This document shows positions 12,831 through 25,700 of a stretch of 64,000 nucleotides of DNA, in pieces (within the stretch, counting starts at the first letter, position 1; every line of letters starts with the position of its first letter). Source of the DNA: Negaprion brevirostris (lineage: Eukaryota). Location: positions 37,015,676-37,079,675 of the forward strand of contig JARDVH010000137.1 of the NCBI GenBank assembly GCA_030324005.1, read 5' to 3'. The translations under genes and the position numbers were made by a program. The notes beneath the pieces are model-generated. The model searched no databases, was not told the origin of the DNA, and was given only the letters and a program-made list of their open reading frames with translations.

Positions 12831-13559
12831 ATACTGACATTCTTAAAGAAAACTTAGATTATTTGCCTTCCTAAACAACCCTGGATCTATTTACATATTC
12901 TGTAAGGCTAACTTCGCCAACACGTGATCAGGGCAACAAACATTAATCATAGAAGCTGTACTCAACAAAACCACCACAGCCCCCACACCACCCCACTTGC
13001 TCGCTGGGTCTCAGCAAGCTACCTATCAATCCCAATTGTGAACGCTTTTATCTAATCACTGAGTTAAGTAAACTGCTGTTAGAGGCACACAAAGTGCCAT
13101 CCCCTTTGACTTTTCCTGCCTACGTGAAAAGTTTTGTGAGCACTGTAAGTACCGACTGAGACACTAACTCAATGCTTGGAGCTTCACTGATGGTCCTATC
13201 ATTTTGCAGGCAAAGACAACATACTGTTATCATTAAGGTATTCACAGTTTACTTAGTCAGATTAAATTGCACAGTATTATGTTAGTTTCTGTGTCGCTCC
13301 CCAACCACCCCCTTGCAAAGAAACATGTTGGGTTCTGTAGCTTAAAAACAAGTCATGACAGCTGTGTTTAATGTGGTATACACACATGATCTATGCATAA
13401 CAATTTGCTTAATTGGCACTCCCAAAAACCACATGGTCTAAATGATCAAGTCTGATGCAATTGCAGAAACCATGAATGGTTCAATTTCATGGCAATCCTA
13501 ATTATAGGCAGGAATTCTGATAGGAGAAGAAAAGATAGTGGGTGCCTGGATCTACTCAC

Positions 13560-13649
13560 ACTGAAATGCTAGCTCGAAGTTTCTGAACATCTTTGGACTT
13601 CCGGATTTCCTCCTTGCAGAGGGAAAGCAACTCTTTCGCATAGAAGTGA
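13560..13649 (-). CDS. TBCD: TBCD coding exon (90 bp): HFYAKELLSLCKEEIRKSKDVQKLRASIS(V)
   Basis: Acceptor tttgtttctcag|T and donor GT|gtgagt. Matches human 'LLALCKKEIKNSKDIQKL'. Confidence 0.96.
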
Positions 13650-16600
13650 CTGAGAAACAAACAGAAGCAAAACATCAAACCTGTGCAGGAACTATATTTG
13701 TGCTACATTCAGTGTGTAAACATTACACCACAGTGTTCTGAAGGACATTTTTACTGATAGACATCCTATTGCTCTGACTTTTCCTTTCATCAGTATTGAT
13801 CCATTATAAACAGAAACTTACCTCTCACCAATCCTTGTCTTTGTGCTTACATAACATTTCCCAACATTGATTAATATTACAGTTAACCAAATATTTTTGT
13901 TGCAATGTCCTAAAGCAGCTTGTCTTTACAGTTCTGTGTACAGGAAATAACTACCAGGAACACTGATGTGTTAAGTGCCCGTTCATTTATATTTAACGAA
14001 AATTGATAGACTAAGTGGAAAGGCAAAAGTAAGGCCAAAAAATATTCACAAATTCTTACCAAAAGCAAATTTTACTCACAAACAGAAGAATTCAAGCTGC
14101 TTGCCTCTCCTCGCTTGAGAACATACACTTCTAAGCATTAGCAGGTGAAAACAAAGAGCTTTAAAATGGATTTGCTCTAGTGCACCCAAATTAATTTAGG
14201 CCAATTAATATAACCATTGTGTGATGATACATACTGAAATAAATGACACTGTAAAGCACATGCAAACAAAACACTATGGCCTCTATACGGATTTAAGAAG
14301 TGTGGCTTCTACATCAGATGTGACATTGGACCATATACGTCACTGGTCTGCAGAGGAAATTCAGTTTCAAGTCATAAATTGATTTATTTTGCTTCAAGAC
14401 AATACTTTAAAAATTGCTGCCCTGACTTGATTCTACAGTTTGAGGTTTATGAAAGAAAATGACACATGAAATGATTGCCAGGAGGTTCCCTGACAATTCA
14501 GTGGGTTAATTCATCACGTGGTATGGGTGCTGGACCATATATAATCAGGAAATTCCTAAGTTGTTAACCAGTGTGGTGGTGGGACTGTTACAATTGGCAC
14601 CTGCAAATCCAAAGAGAGAAAAATACGATGTGAACTTCTGACAGTTACTTAAACTAATAGTTGTGACTAACACACCCGTATATTGTACTGTAAGACAGTC
14701 ATAGACATCCTGGTCTCTATATAGATTTAAGTTAATCACCATCACTGGTAACTATCCAATGATTTTTATTGGAAAGCACATGTGATATTCGATGAGGAAT
14801 GGACTTGATCAAGTTCAACACCCACGTGTTAACATATTGACAAAGATCAATTACTTGGAAGAAATGCATGTGCCTTGCAACCATCTACCAGCATGGAGAA
14901 GTCCTCAGGAAAGGAGATGGAAAATTTAGAGGAATAATCGTGAATCATATTGCAACAGACATAGGCAATAGTGGGTATTATTACAAGTTTGACGTACAGG
15001 GGAAAACAGGAACAAATTATTTGTTATTAAGCATTATTTTGGTTTTGCCAGAGAGAAGGTAAAAGACATTCTTTGCCTCCCTTTCCAACATCACACCATT
15101 CCCTGTAGTTTACTTCCCTTTCTTTCTTCCTTCCCATAAAATGGTTCAACATGGTGGCATGTGATTCCATGGATCTCAGCAACATCAACCAAGTGCAAGG
15201 CTAGCCACTGAGCCTCTGAATACTATTTAATAACATGGAACATCAGGTGAACCCAACTCAGACCTCACCTGGCACCCATGCCAGTATATTTCACAGCAGT
15301 GGCATGGAAAGATGAGGATTGAGCCTTAATGTGTTAAGACCAACTGCAGTGCCCTAGTTGAGAACAGCCAACACCTAATAGATCATGGGGTAAACCTGGC
15401 TGCTCCTTCATTTGCATGTCTTGGTACATACACATTAGGAAGTGCCTCTATCCACAAAGCCTACAAGGCAGAAAGGGACAGATTTTAAAATGGAAACTAT
15501 CAGTAGAGAGAAAAGGCAGCAAAGAAAATTAAAGATTGATAAATCAAAAAAAGAGTAGAGTGAATAAAAATGGAAAGCTGTATAAAGTGGGTATGCTAAC
15601 AAATCAAAAACAGAGTTAAAGGAAGAGGAAGCGAAGGAACTAGAAAAAAAATCCACAGGGGACATAAGAATCATCTTGCATTTATATACCATTTTCACAT
15701 TCTCAGGGCATCCAAAAAATTAACAACTTTACATTATAACTTGGTAAAAATAATAATTCAACAGGATCTGCCAGAGCATGACAGATGATTTTCTTTCTTC
15801 AATTTATTTTAACTTTCTTCCTTCTTTCACTATTTTTCCTGTGCCATTCTCTTAAAGTTGGCATGGCAACTAGGCAGGACTGAGAGTAATGATGCCCCAC
15901 TGGCTGGCTGCCACGAGCAAAGTGGTCACAGGATGGTTTCAATGTGTGAAAGGGGCACCTTAGCCAGTCTGTCACTACTAGCTCAACAGACATTTAATCA
16001 AAAAGACTTGTGTGAATCTGCACTACTGATTGCATAAATATTGGTACACAACACTTCACAAGCTTCTTGTTTTTCAAGATACCTATTTAAATACAGTGTA
16101 AAACAAGTACGTATTGCATACATTGATATTAACAGAGCACAAAGAAGCCAATTCTACTACTGTGTCTGGACCGAGTTAGCTCAAAAATGGTCTTTGTGTA
16201 CCACCGAGCAAGGTCTTATTTTGTTCTTTCTACGAGCCACTTCAAATATGCTTTAGAAGAAAAGTGCTGGGTCGATGTTATGTGAAATGTATCAAGTTGC
16301 AGACACTTTGCTGGCAGTGGGGAAAATTCCATCTGCTCAACAGGCAAAGAAAAGAGAGTCAACATTAAGAGAAAAATGCAAGCTTTCCTTTATGTGTGCC
16401 CTGAACACAGGCCATCTGCTTTGAAGATAAGCAGTACGTCAATTATATTTCTTATGGCATGGCTGAGGGTGGTCTCCGAAACTAAAGTCGAGCTGTGTTG
16501 CCCTTCAATTAATTTTTAGGTGAAGGTGGCGCACTCAGTAGTTTAAGGCTCAACAATTTCTAGTCCTTTGAAAGCTAATGGCAGCAATATGTGGAATCTT

Positions 16601-17786
16601 ACAAATCATTCCCATTAATTGATTAAGAGTAACCAATTTAGACTACTCCTTATTATCCCCTAATAAAACATTCATAGCTAGCAAATCCTCGTTCCGCATT
16701 TTGCTATGGAAACTGTGACATTTCTAAAAGCACCCACTGATGTTACAATCTCAACTACTGTCAATGTGAACATTGTATTAAGTCTTTAGATTAAAAAAGC
16801 TAAAAAAAAAAATTCTCTACTAACCTATGAATAAACTTAGCAGTGCAATGCTAAACTGTATTCAACAGAAGAGGACTGCTATGCTGGTTAATATTTACTT
16901 CTGAACAGTACTATTTGTAAAAGTTCTATAGGTACAGATAGTATTAGAATTCAAACAATTGTCAAAAGTGTAATCAGAAGTCAAAGGTACACAGATTACT
17001 CCCTCAGGGAATAAGGCAGTGACTATATTCATATTTATCAAAATTAAGTACATAGTAAACCGAGCAACAGGGTATCACTTCTACTCCCCCATTGCTCAGC
17101 ATTTATGTTAATAAGGATAATTTATCAAAAACTAATTGAGTACAGCATATCTGCTCAGTGACTATTCATTAGAGAACGGGAATGTGCAAGAGTATGAGAA
17201 GCTTCTCAATTAACAAAAATGAAATGATGTTTGATTTGGTTCTATTTCACTTCACTGTAGGTTTTGCTCCTTACACTGCTCCAGTGCAATGTTCAGCAAA
17301 GTGCAGCATGAACTCCAAGATATGAATGTTACACATCCCAGTTCACTTCTACAGCCCAGCATATTTCTGTGTATGTCAGGCAAGGTACAGGACTGTATGT
17401 AGGTCTAAATAAACCTGTTGGACTTTAACCTGGTATTGTGAGACTTCTATCGTTATCATGTTGACTGGGTTTTTCCCCAGTGTTGATCTGTAACGAGTTA
17501 CTAAATGGTTCTTAACAATAAACTGCAGCAACTCTCCATCCCCGAACACTCCTCAGGTCAAATGGTCCCAATCAAGAGCAAGCAACACAACAGCAGCAGG
17601 AGTTTATTCAGCAGCTTAACCAATGCCAAAAATCAAGAATGGAAAATCCAGCAAATGAGAAAAAAACACTGAAGTTCAAGTAGCATAAACCTCATTACTA
17701 TTCCATTTCAAAATTGTTTCTCCATTTGTTTATGGGAGGGATGTGGCTCCTGCTGGCAGGATCAGCATTTATTGCCCATCCCTAAT

Positions 17787-17963
17787 TCATAGAACCCTAC
17801 AATGCAGAAGGAGGCCATCTAGCCCATCGAGTCTGCACCGACCACAATCCCAACTAGGCCCTATCCCCATTACTCCATGCATTTAGCCTAGCTAGTCCCT
17901 CTGACACTAAAGGACAATTTAGCATGGCCAATCCACCTAACCCACACATCTTTGGACTGTGGG
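17787..17963 (-). mobile_element. HE1/V-type SINE 3' part, truncated by a gap
   Basis: Reverse complement of the HE1 tail and core (catagaaccctacaatgcagaaggaggccat...tttggactgtggg). Confidence 0.8.
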
Positions 17964-19237
17964 NNNNNNNNNNNNNNNNNNNNNNNNNNNNNNNNNNNNN
18001 NNNNNNNNNNNNNNNNNNNNNNNNNNNNNNNNNNNNNNNNNNNNNNNNNNNNNNNNNNNNNNNNNNNNNNNNNNNNNNNNNNNNNNNNNNNNNNNNNNNN
18101 NNNNNNNNNNNNNNNNNNNNNNNNNNNNNNNNNNNNNNNNNNNNNNNNNNNNNNNNNNNNNNNNNNNNNNNNNNNNNNNNNNNNNNNNNNNNNNNNNNNN
18201 NNNNNNNNNNNNNNNNNNNNNNNNNNNNNNNNNNNNNNNNNNNNNNNNNNNNNNNNNNNNNNNNNNNNNNNNNNNNNNNNNNNNNNNNNNNNNNNNNNNN
18301 NNNNNNNNNNNNNNNNNNNNNNNNNNNNNNNNNNNNNNNNNNNNNNNNNNNNNNNNNNNNNNNNNNNNNNNNNNNNNNNNNNNNNNNNNNNNNNNNNNNN
18401 NNNNNNNNNNNNNNNNNNNNNNNNNNNNNNNNNNNNNNNNNNNNNNNNNNNNNNNNNNNNNNNNNNNNNNNNNNNNNNNNNNNNNNNNNNNNNNNNNNNN
18501 NNNNNNNNNNNNNNNNNNNNNNNNNNNNNNNNNNNNNNNNNNNNNNNNNNNNNNNNNNNNNNNNNNNNNNNNNNNNNNNNNNNNNNNNNNNNNNNNNNNN
18601 NNNNNNNNNNNNNNNNNNNNNNNNNNNNNNNNNNNNNNNNNNNNNNNNNNNNNNNNNNNNNNNNNNNNNNNNNNNNNNNNNNNNNNNNNNNNNNNNNNNN
18701 NNNNNNNNNNNNNNNNNNNNNNNNNNNNNNNNNNNNNNNNNNNNNNNNNNNNNNNNNNNNNNNNNNNNNNNNNNNNNNNNNNNNNNNNNNNNNNNNNNNN
18801 NNNNNNNNNNNNNNNNNNNNNNNNNNNNNNNNNNNNNNNNNNNNNNNNNNNNNNNNNNNNNNNNNNNNNNNNNNNNNNNNNNNNNNNNNNTTTTTTACGG
18901 AAGAACATTTATCTCATTGGTGGTCCCTTCTGAAGTGCAATTAAGGGAATTGGATCCAGACTGAAATCTGTACAAGATACATGCTATTGCTTATGTGCCA
19001 TGAGTTAGCTAAGCTAATGTCCTAATACACATTCCATACAGTTAGTATTTTGCTTAAGTTTTCTTAACTTCTATATATTAAGCAAATAGAAAGCCAGAGC
19101 CTGAGCCTCTTATGGTCAAGTACAGTCTTCACCAGTGTCTACAAAGACAGTCAAAGGTTTAGTAGGGTTGAATACCTACTAAAAGTGTACTCTCCAAACA
19201 GTAAATAAGCCATATAGATTACTATCCATTTTCCCAC

Positions 19238-19359
19238 CTGTCATTATGTAGATTATCCTTAAAGATTTGTATTAGGGTCCCAAAGAACTTGTTCATGGCT
19301 TCTACGTCAAGGCGGATTGTTTTGAGATAGTCAAAGAGTGATTGGGCCGAATATCGCAC
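19238..19359 (-). CDS. TBCD: TBCD coding exon (122 bp): VRYSAQSLFDYLKTIRLDVEAMNKFFGTLIQIFKDNLHND(R)
   Basis: Acceptor tatttcag|GTG and donor AG|gtggga. Matches human 'IRHSTQSLFEY...TLLQIFEDNLLNER'. Confidence 0.95.
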
Positions 19360-20324
19360 CTGAAATACAAAGTCAAACGGGACAAGTTAAGATTATATAA
19401 TGTTCTACAGTATGGTCAAACTATTGAGACACACATTTACACCACAACAGCAAAACACCAGCTGTTGATGAGATTGGCTTTGTTTTTATCCAGATAGCAC
19501 TGTTCATTTGACCACAAAAACAAAATGTGAGTAACATTCAGCTTCTTCCACTGAAAACCATGAGATCATGAAATAAGCAACACAATTATATTTAACACAG
19601 AAATCCTGTATAGTGACACTGTCAGCATTTTCAGCATGGAAAAACTAACACACAAAATGCCCTTACTGGTCAATATCAAAATAAAACTTTGAACTGAATT
19701 TTGATGATCACATCCAAAACTTGGTTCTTAAGGCCTTAATGTGCATGAGGCAAAATGTGACTATTGTTAATAATAGTGAACATTTAATTCATTCATGACG
19801 CATTCTGCCGTCTACTATTTCACTGGAAGCAATAACCTACTTCATCTTCTGGGTAACTTTGGTTGCCCTTCAACAATTTGCAGGCCTAATGGAAAGGGTA
19901 GGGGAGTGGGACTGTGTAGCTGTGCACAGAGGCAGCATGGACATGAATGGTTCTTCTGTGCTGTAGCCATTCTATGATTTAAAATAAGCAGATACGATCA
20001 GCCAATCATACCCTTCAACTGATCTAATTCATAAACAATGTCTACTCACCCTGGAGGAAAGATTTATCTTAAACCCTGTCACACTGACATATAGGTTTAA
20101 ATATATGCTTACTGACAGCTTAAAAAGCTGACTATTGGCATATATGGACTTATCTTCATTCTATCTTCCCTCTTCAATCTTTCCTACTCCCATTCTGCCT
20201 TTGGAAATTCACTCACTTCCATTGAATACCCTTAGGAGAAATCTATTGCTGCAACGTTAATTAACATCAATTAACTTGAAAGCTCTGACGTAACCTTAAT
20301 CACTGGTATGTTTCTTGGGGTGAT

Positions 20325-20632
20325 GTTTTTTATTCACTCAGGGGATGTGAGCGTCCCTGGCTGGGCCAGCATTTATTGCCTAATGATCCCTAATTTCCTT
20401 TGAACTGAGTGGTTTGCTAGGCCATTTCAGAGGGCATTTAAGAGTCAACCACATTGCTGTGGATCTGGAGTTACGTGCAGACCAGCCCAGGTATGGATGG
20501 CAAACTTCCTTCCCTAAAGGACATTAGCGAACCAGATGGGTTTTTAAGACAATCGACTATGGTTTCATAGTTATCATTAGACTTTTAATTCCAGATTTTT
20601 ATTTGATTCTGATTTCACCACCCGTCATGGCA
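20325..20632 (-). mobile_element. Deu-domain SINE (SacSINE1-like), 5'-truncated
   Basis: Reverse complement is similar to 3300-3585 (cagcatttattgcc...ttccttccctaaaggacattag). Confidence 0.75.
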
Positions 20633-21079
20633 GAGGTCTGAAATGCTATTTGTTGTTAGAGTGAGCTTAGCATTAACTGTATTTTTACTGCTACTTACTG
20701 AACTTTTCCCACTGGTTTACAAACTACTGCATCTGTGCTAGTTTGAAATAACTAGTTTAATATCTCATCACAACAATGTGAAAATAAGATATAGGATGAA
20801 GGTTGTCTTTTACTGCCCTCTGTCCCAACCACCCCCCAAATGTACCCCTCAGTCATTTTCAAGTTCTTTTAAGATCTATAAGTAAAATAATACAGAATAA
20901 AAAGTGTGTAAAGCACTAAAGAACAGCCATACAACCACATTGATAAACCAGGAGCCTAGAAATCATCATGAAAACAATAAGGACAACAGGACATTCTAAC
21001 AAAGGTTGCACTCTCTGAAATATTAAAGTTGTTACATAGCAAGTTTTCTGAATTAATTTACAATGGTTGCTTCTTTCTG

Positions 21080-21322
21080 GTGGCACTGTAGTTAGCACTG
21101 CTGCCTCACAGCGCCAGAGACCCGGCTTTGATCACCAACTGTATGGTGTCTGGAAGGGTTTCCTCCAGGTGCTCCAGTCTCCTCACACAGTCTAAAAGAA
21201 GTGCTGCTTAGGTGCATTGACCCAAACAGGTGCCAGACTGCAGTGACTAGGGGAATTTCACAGTAACTTCATTGCAGCATTACTATAAGCCTTACTTGTG
21301 ACTAATAAATAAACAAACTTTC
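21080..21322 (+). mobile_element. tRNA SINE, short V-type variant with ...cttgtgactaataaataaac tail
   Basis: Head ggcac...ttagcactgctgcctcacagcgccag. Tail shared with 54960-55175 and 58866-59140. Confidence 0.75.
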
Positions 21323-22099
21323 AACTTTTTTATAGCATCTGCACTCAAGTCAGGTAATAAGTTATGGCAGTGTGCCCACTGGAGGAGAAAAGGTAAATTG
21401 CGTTATATGCATTACAGAATTTAAATCCATGTAGGCAGACAAAATATTTATAGGAACCAAGCCTCATTAAAAATGTACAGTAGATCAGTTCATTTCTACA
21501 ATGCTCTACTGTTACAAATCCAAAATGTGATATTTTTTGGTGCTACTCCTGCCCTCTTGCTCAAGAAGTCTTGATGGCTCACTTGGTGAAGTGAATGTCT
21601 TAACTGTTTACCTGCTGTTCTCCCAGGCTCGACTCTCTTGTGGCTAAGTCCAAAATGTCCCTCTGTATGCCTCTCTCTGCATCCTCTGAAGGGCTCTGAG
21701 ATAATCAGTGCTAACTGATTAGATATTGTCACTCCTCCGTGACCAACAAAATTCCTACCAAACACATTTGCTGGGGCCTAAACATGCAAATCTTCTCATC
21801 TAATGTACTCCTCTCGTGGCTGACCATGTGCCCTTCACCAGCACATCCACTTTCACTGCCTCTCAATGCAACTCCCACACGATTTGGTTGTTCGCTTGTG
21901 AACAAGGCTCTCGCCAAGTTAACATGAACGATTTCATCAACATCACTGCCTCAGTGGAAGCTTGACTGAGAGGTGATGACATCGTTCCCAACCAAAAACG
22001 CCGCCCCCCTACCCCGCCCAATTAACTCTACATTCCATCATCTCATGTCATGAGGCACTTCCGCCAAGTGACTTTGGCAGTCTGCTCAGGGAACCATCT

Positions 22100-22742
22100 A
22101 GAAGTCTCAACACGAGGTTAAAGTCCAACAGGATTATTTGGTAGCAAACGCCACTTGCTTTCGGAGCGCTGCTCCTTTGTCAGATGAGTGGGGAGTTCTG
22201 ATCACAAACAGGGCATATAAAGGCACAACTCAATTTACAGGATACTGATTAGACTGCGAGTCTTTACAACTGATCAAGTCTTAAAGGTGCAGACAGTGTA
22301 AGTGGAGATAGTATTAAGCATAGGTTAAAGAGATGTGTATTGTCTCCAGATAGGACAGTAAGTGAGATGTTGTAAGCCCAGGCAAATCATGAGGGTTACA
22401 AATAGTGTGACATGAACCCAAGATCTCGGGTTGGAACTTGGCTATCAGTCTCTGCTCAGCGACTCTGCGCTGTCGTGTGTCGTGAAGGCTGTCTGGGAGA
22501 ATGTTTACCCGAAGATCAGAGACCGAATGCCTGTGACTGCTGAAGTGTTTACCAGCAGGAAGAGAACAATCTTGCCTGGTGATTGTCGAATGGTGTTCAT
22601 TCATTTATTGTTGTAGTGTCTGCATGGACTCCCCAATATACTGTACAACAGGTTTGCTACCAAATAAACCTACTGAACTTTAACCTGGTGTTGTGAGATT
22701 TCTTACTGTGCTTACCCCAGTCCAACGGCGGCATCTCACATC
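22100..22742 (-). mobile_element. Penelope-like retroelement fragment (GIY-YIG endonuclease C-terminus) with inverted terminal repeat
   Basis: ORF 22314-22604 (-): MNEHHSTITRQDCSLPAGKHFS...RQRRVAEQRLIAKF is typical of the PLE endonuclease end. Ends 22100-22149 and 22653-22702 are inverted copies. A decayed hammerhead motif lies at 22152-22186. Confidence 0.8.
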
Positions 22743-23009
22743 AGGGAAGCATCTGACAGTTTCTATTCATTTCCTTTTCCCACAGAGCCTCTAGGGTGTA
22801 ATGTGCAGATCATTGCCAAATGGTGATGTGGGCAAAGGAGTTATTCTGCACAAATTTGGCCATGAGGAATAGGTGGTACAGCATGGTCCTATTGCTTGGA
22901 GCTTTACGTGGCAATGTCGCCAAACTCATCAAACAGCAACGACAGATACAATCTCAGCATATAGTGACACTTACTCATCTACATGTTGTCCCTTGGTAAC
23001 ATGATGTCA

Positions 23010-23540
23010 GAGCACAGCATTATTTTTTTTACTTGGACGCTGACCTTACCACTGCTCCTCTCTCTCTTGCAACCTGCACAGTAGCCAAATTATCAGATTG
23101 CCTATCCAATATGTAGAAATTTCTAGAATGATAGATATTTCCTCTAATTAAACAGTGAGAAGACCATAGCCAATGTCTTCAATGCCCACTCCAAACTCCA
23201 TTCTCTACCACTGATTCTATCACTTTCCCAGGACAACAGTCTGACGGACCGTTGCTAACCTTAGTCTTATTTGAGCTTTTGACCACACAGCTTTCCATCA
23301 CAAGATGACCTATTTCCACCTGTACATCTGACTTCACCTTTGTCTCAGCTCATCTGCTGCTGAAACCTTCTTTCATGCCATTGTTACCTTTAGACTTGAT
23401 TATGCCAATGCATTCCTGGCTGGCCTCCCACATGCTACCTTCCAGAAATCTGAGGTCAATTACTCAAATGTACACATCCTTACTTACACAACGTCTCATT
23501 TAAATCCAATCATGGTCTCGGCCCTCTTAAACTCTTCAAT
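23010..23540 (+). mobile_element. L2-clade LINE fragment
   Basis: Translates to AAETFFHAIVTFRLDYANAFLAGLP, matching the L2 motif AETLIHAFVTSRLDYSNALLAGLP. Confidence 0.75.
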
Positions 23541-24130
23541 CTGCTCTTGCCCAAGGATGAAGGCATCATGGCATATCACATAGCATTCACACTTGTGCAC
23601 AAATCTCTTGCTAACATTGCATACTAGCTGAATGTTTCGGAAGCTTTTTCTGTTAATGAATCTCACTGGTCACTCAGCGGGTGCCTTGATGCCACATGAA
23701 TGCAATCAATGATGTCCTGCCCCTCTGGGAACCCAGGAATGGAGGCGAATCCCTTTGTGCCTCAGATTCATCAGCTTGAAGTTGTATATACTAGCCATCT
23801 TTAGCGAATCAAGCATCAGTGACCAGTGAGACACAATGGTGTGCTACAGTTTCAAGATGCCACCAAGGGCTGCTGCTGATCCCTGCAATCTGCCAAAGGC
23901 ATTGAAGCCCAAGGCTACTCGCAGGGCAGGACAAGTGCACCAGTCTGTTGCCATCTACCTTAGTAGACATAGTCTTTGGTGGCACTGATCTTCTAGCATG
24001 TCCAGGTAGCTTTCCTTTTAGTGGTACATTTGAGAATGAGGATATAGTCTTTGTTGTCATCCTGGTCTTTGTTCTGCTCTACTGCGTTCCTCATGCCCAG
24101 GGCTCTACATCTGCTCCTGAGGATGCTGAT
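23540..24130 (-). mobile_element. PIF/Harbinger transposase relic (copy A)
   Basis: Minus-strand motifs in correct order: AGISS...VAHHCVSLVTDA, GFASIPGFPEGQDIIDCIHV, FINRKSF, CHDAFIL. Contains stops and frameshifts. Confidence 0.8.
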
Positions 24131-24396
24131 CCTTACTGTTACTCAACCCTTTCTCAAGTACGCTTCATTGTATTTTTGATTATGCTGACAAGCAGATTTG
24201 TATGTTATTGTTGCTTGATCTCAGTGAGACCAATAGAGTGAAGGAACGGGGTGATACGGTTCCATACTGTCTGCGCTGGGGGAGACTGTTCGTGATGCAG
24301 ATCAGAGTTTCATTAAAAGTGGATGGCAATGAAATTATTCAGACGTGTCTCCTTGCTGGATAATTTCTCTCCCTGAATGAAGTTGACTAACAGTAT

Positions 24397-24565
24397 CATA
24401 GAATCCCCACAGTGCAGAAGCAGGCCATTCAGCCTACTGAGTCTACACTTTCAACAATCCCACCCTGGCCCTATCCCTGCAACCCTACAGACCTACCCTG
24501 TTGGTCCCCCTGACACTAAGAGGCAACTTAGCATGGCCAATCAACCAAACCAGAACACTTTTGGA
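24397..24565 (-). mobile_element. HE1/V-type SINE 3' fragment
   Basis: catagaatccccacagtgcagaagcaggccattc...agcatggccaatc. Confidence 0.75.
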
Positions 24566-24619
24566 CAGAATTATCTGCAATAAGGTCCGAGATCCACAGA
24601 GGTGAAACACCACTGAATC

Positions 24620-25700
24620 AGCATTGCCCATGCCAGCTTGCTGAATGCTGAGAGCCCTGGGACAGCCATGGTGGCTGTCCTTCCATGCCTGGTCATTAGG
24701 TTCTTCTGCAGCAACCACTTTGTCTCCCCTTCCTTCTCTTTTTCCTCCACCCCATCCTCTTTCAAGGAAGAATAGAGATCTAGGTCCTCCACCTCCTCTT
24801 CCAGCTCCAGGTTTTTTTGTATAGCCCTGTTGCACAGCACGTAGTAGACAATCACAATAAGAGACACTCTCACTTCCTCGTTCTAAAGAACATCACCAGA
24901 CTTGTCAAGGCAATGAAAGCATATATTCAATATACCAAATTGTTTCTTCAATGCAGATACGTATTAGTTAATGGCATTGGTTGTAGCACATCTCTGCATC
25001 TGTTGCTAGGTACCCGATGCGCATCAGAAGCCTTTTTTTTAAAGGGTTAATCTCACCCCACCTGCAGCCACATACCGAATCTGGATGTTGGTCTGAAGAT
25101 GTCCAGCACCTGGGAGTCTCGGAGGATTAAATGCACTTTGACAGCTTGCTGAGAATCAAGTGCGTAACTGCAAGACTAGTTTCCTTATGTCACAGATGAC
25201 CTGGACAGGTTTTTCTGCTTAGGATCCTGGCTGGCTAGTCTGTTGCTGCCTCGATGGCCATGTGAACACGATTGCTGACCCCCCCTTGGAAACCCCAATG
25301 TCCTATGCGCTTACAAGGGTCCACCTGACTCAATATGTACGTGTATCTGCCCTCTGACAGAGGGCATCTGTAACATGCCTGGTGTTGAGCTAGTGTCTGA
25401 GATCTTGAGCCCTAGAATAAGCCAGCATTAAATTTCAGCATCGCAATGACCTTGATGGCTGCAGGTAGGAGTCTTCCACGGGTACTGGGAAGCATCAGGC
25501 CATTGTGGGCCAGAGCACAAATGTCAGAGACTAACGGTCTAGAAAAGGGCAGTTTCGTTGGGCACTTGTGGTCTGTCATTTGCAGGTAGCTGATTCTTGT
25601 TCAGCACACCCTTTGTTGTGGGTAGTGACTTCTTCCCAACAGTCCATAGCGCTGCTCCTCTGGTCTTCTCCTGAGCAGAAGGGTGCATCTGTTGAGATTC
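24620..25700 (-). mobile_element. PIF/Harbinger transposase relic (copy B)
   Basis: Minus-strand motifs LPAAIKVIAMLKF, HVTDAL, GFP, VQVICD, IEETI...RFHCLDKSG, RVSLIVIVYYVLCNRAIQ plus an acidic tail (ORF 24571-24873). Disrupted. Confidence 0.8.

Noticed and set aside
17924-18964. Long ORFs of 320-346 aa in the ORF track
   Set aside because: Almost entirely N-gap; artefacts. The same applies to the other X-rich ORFs.
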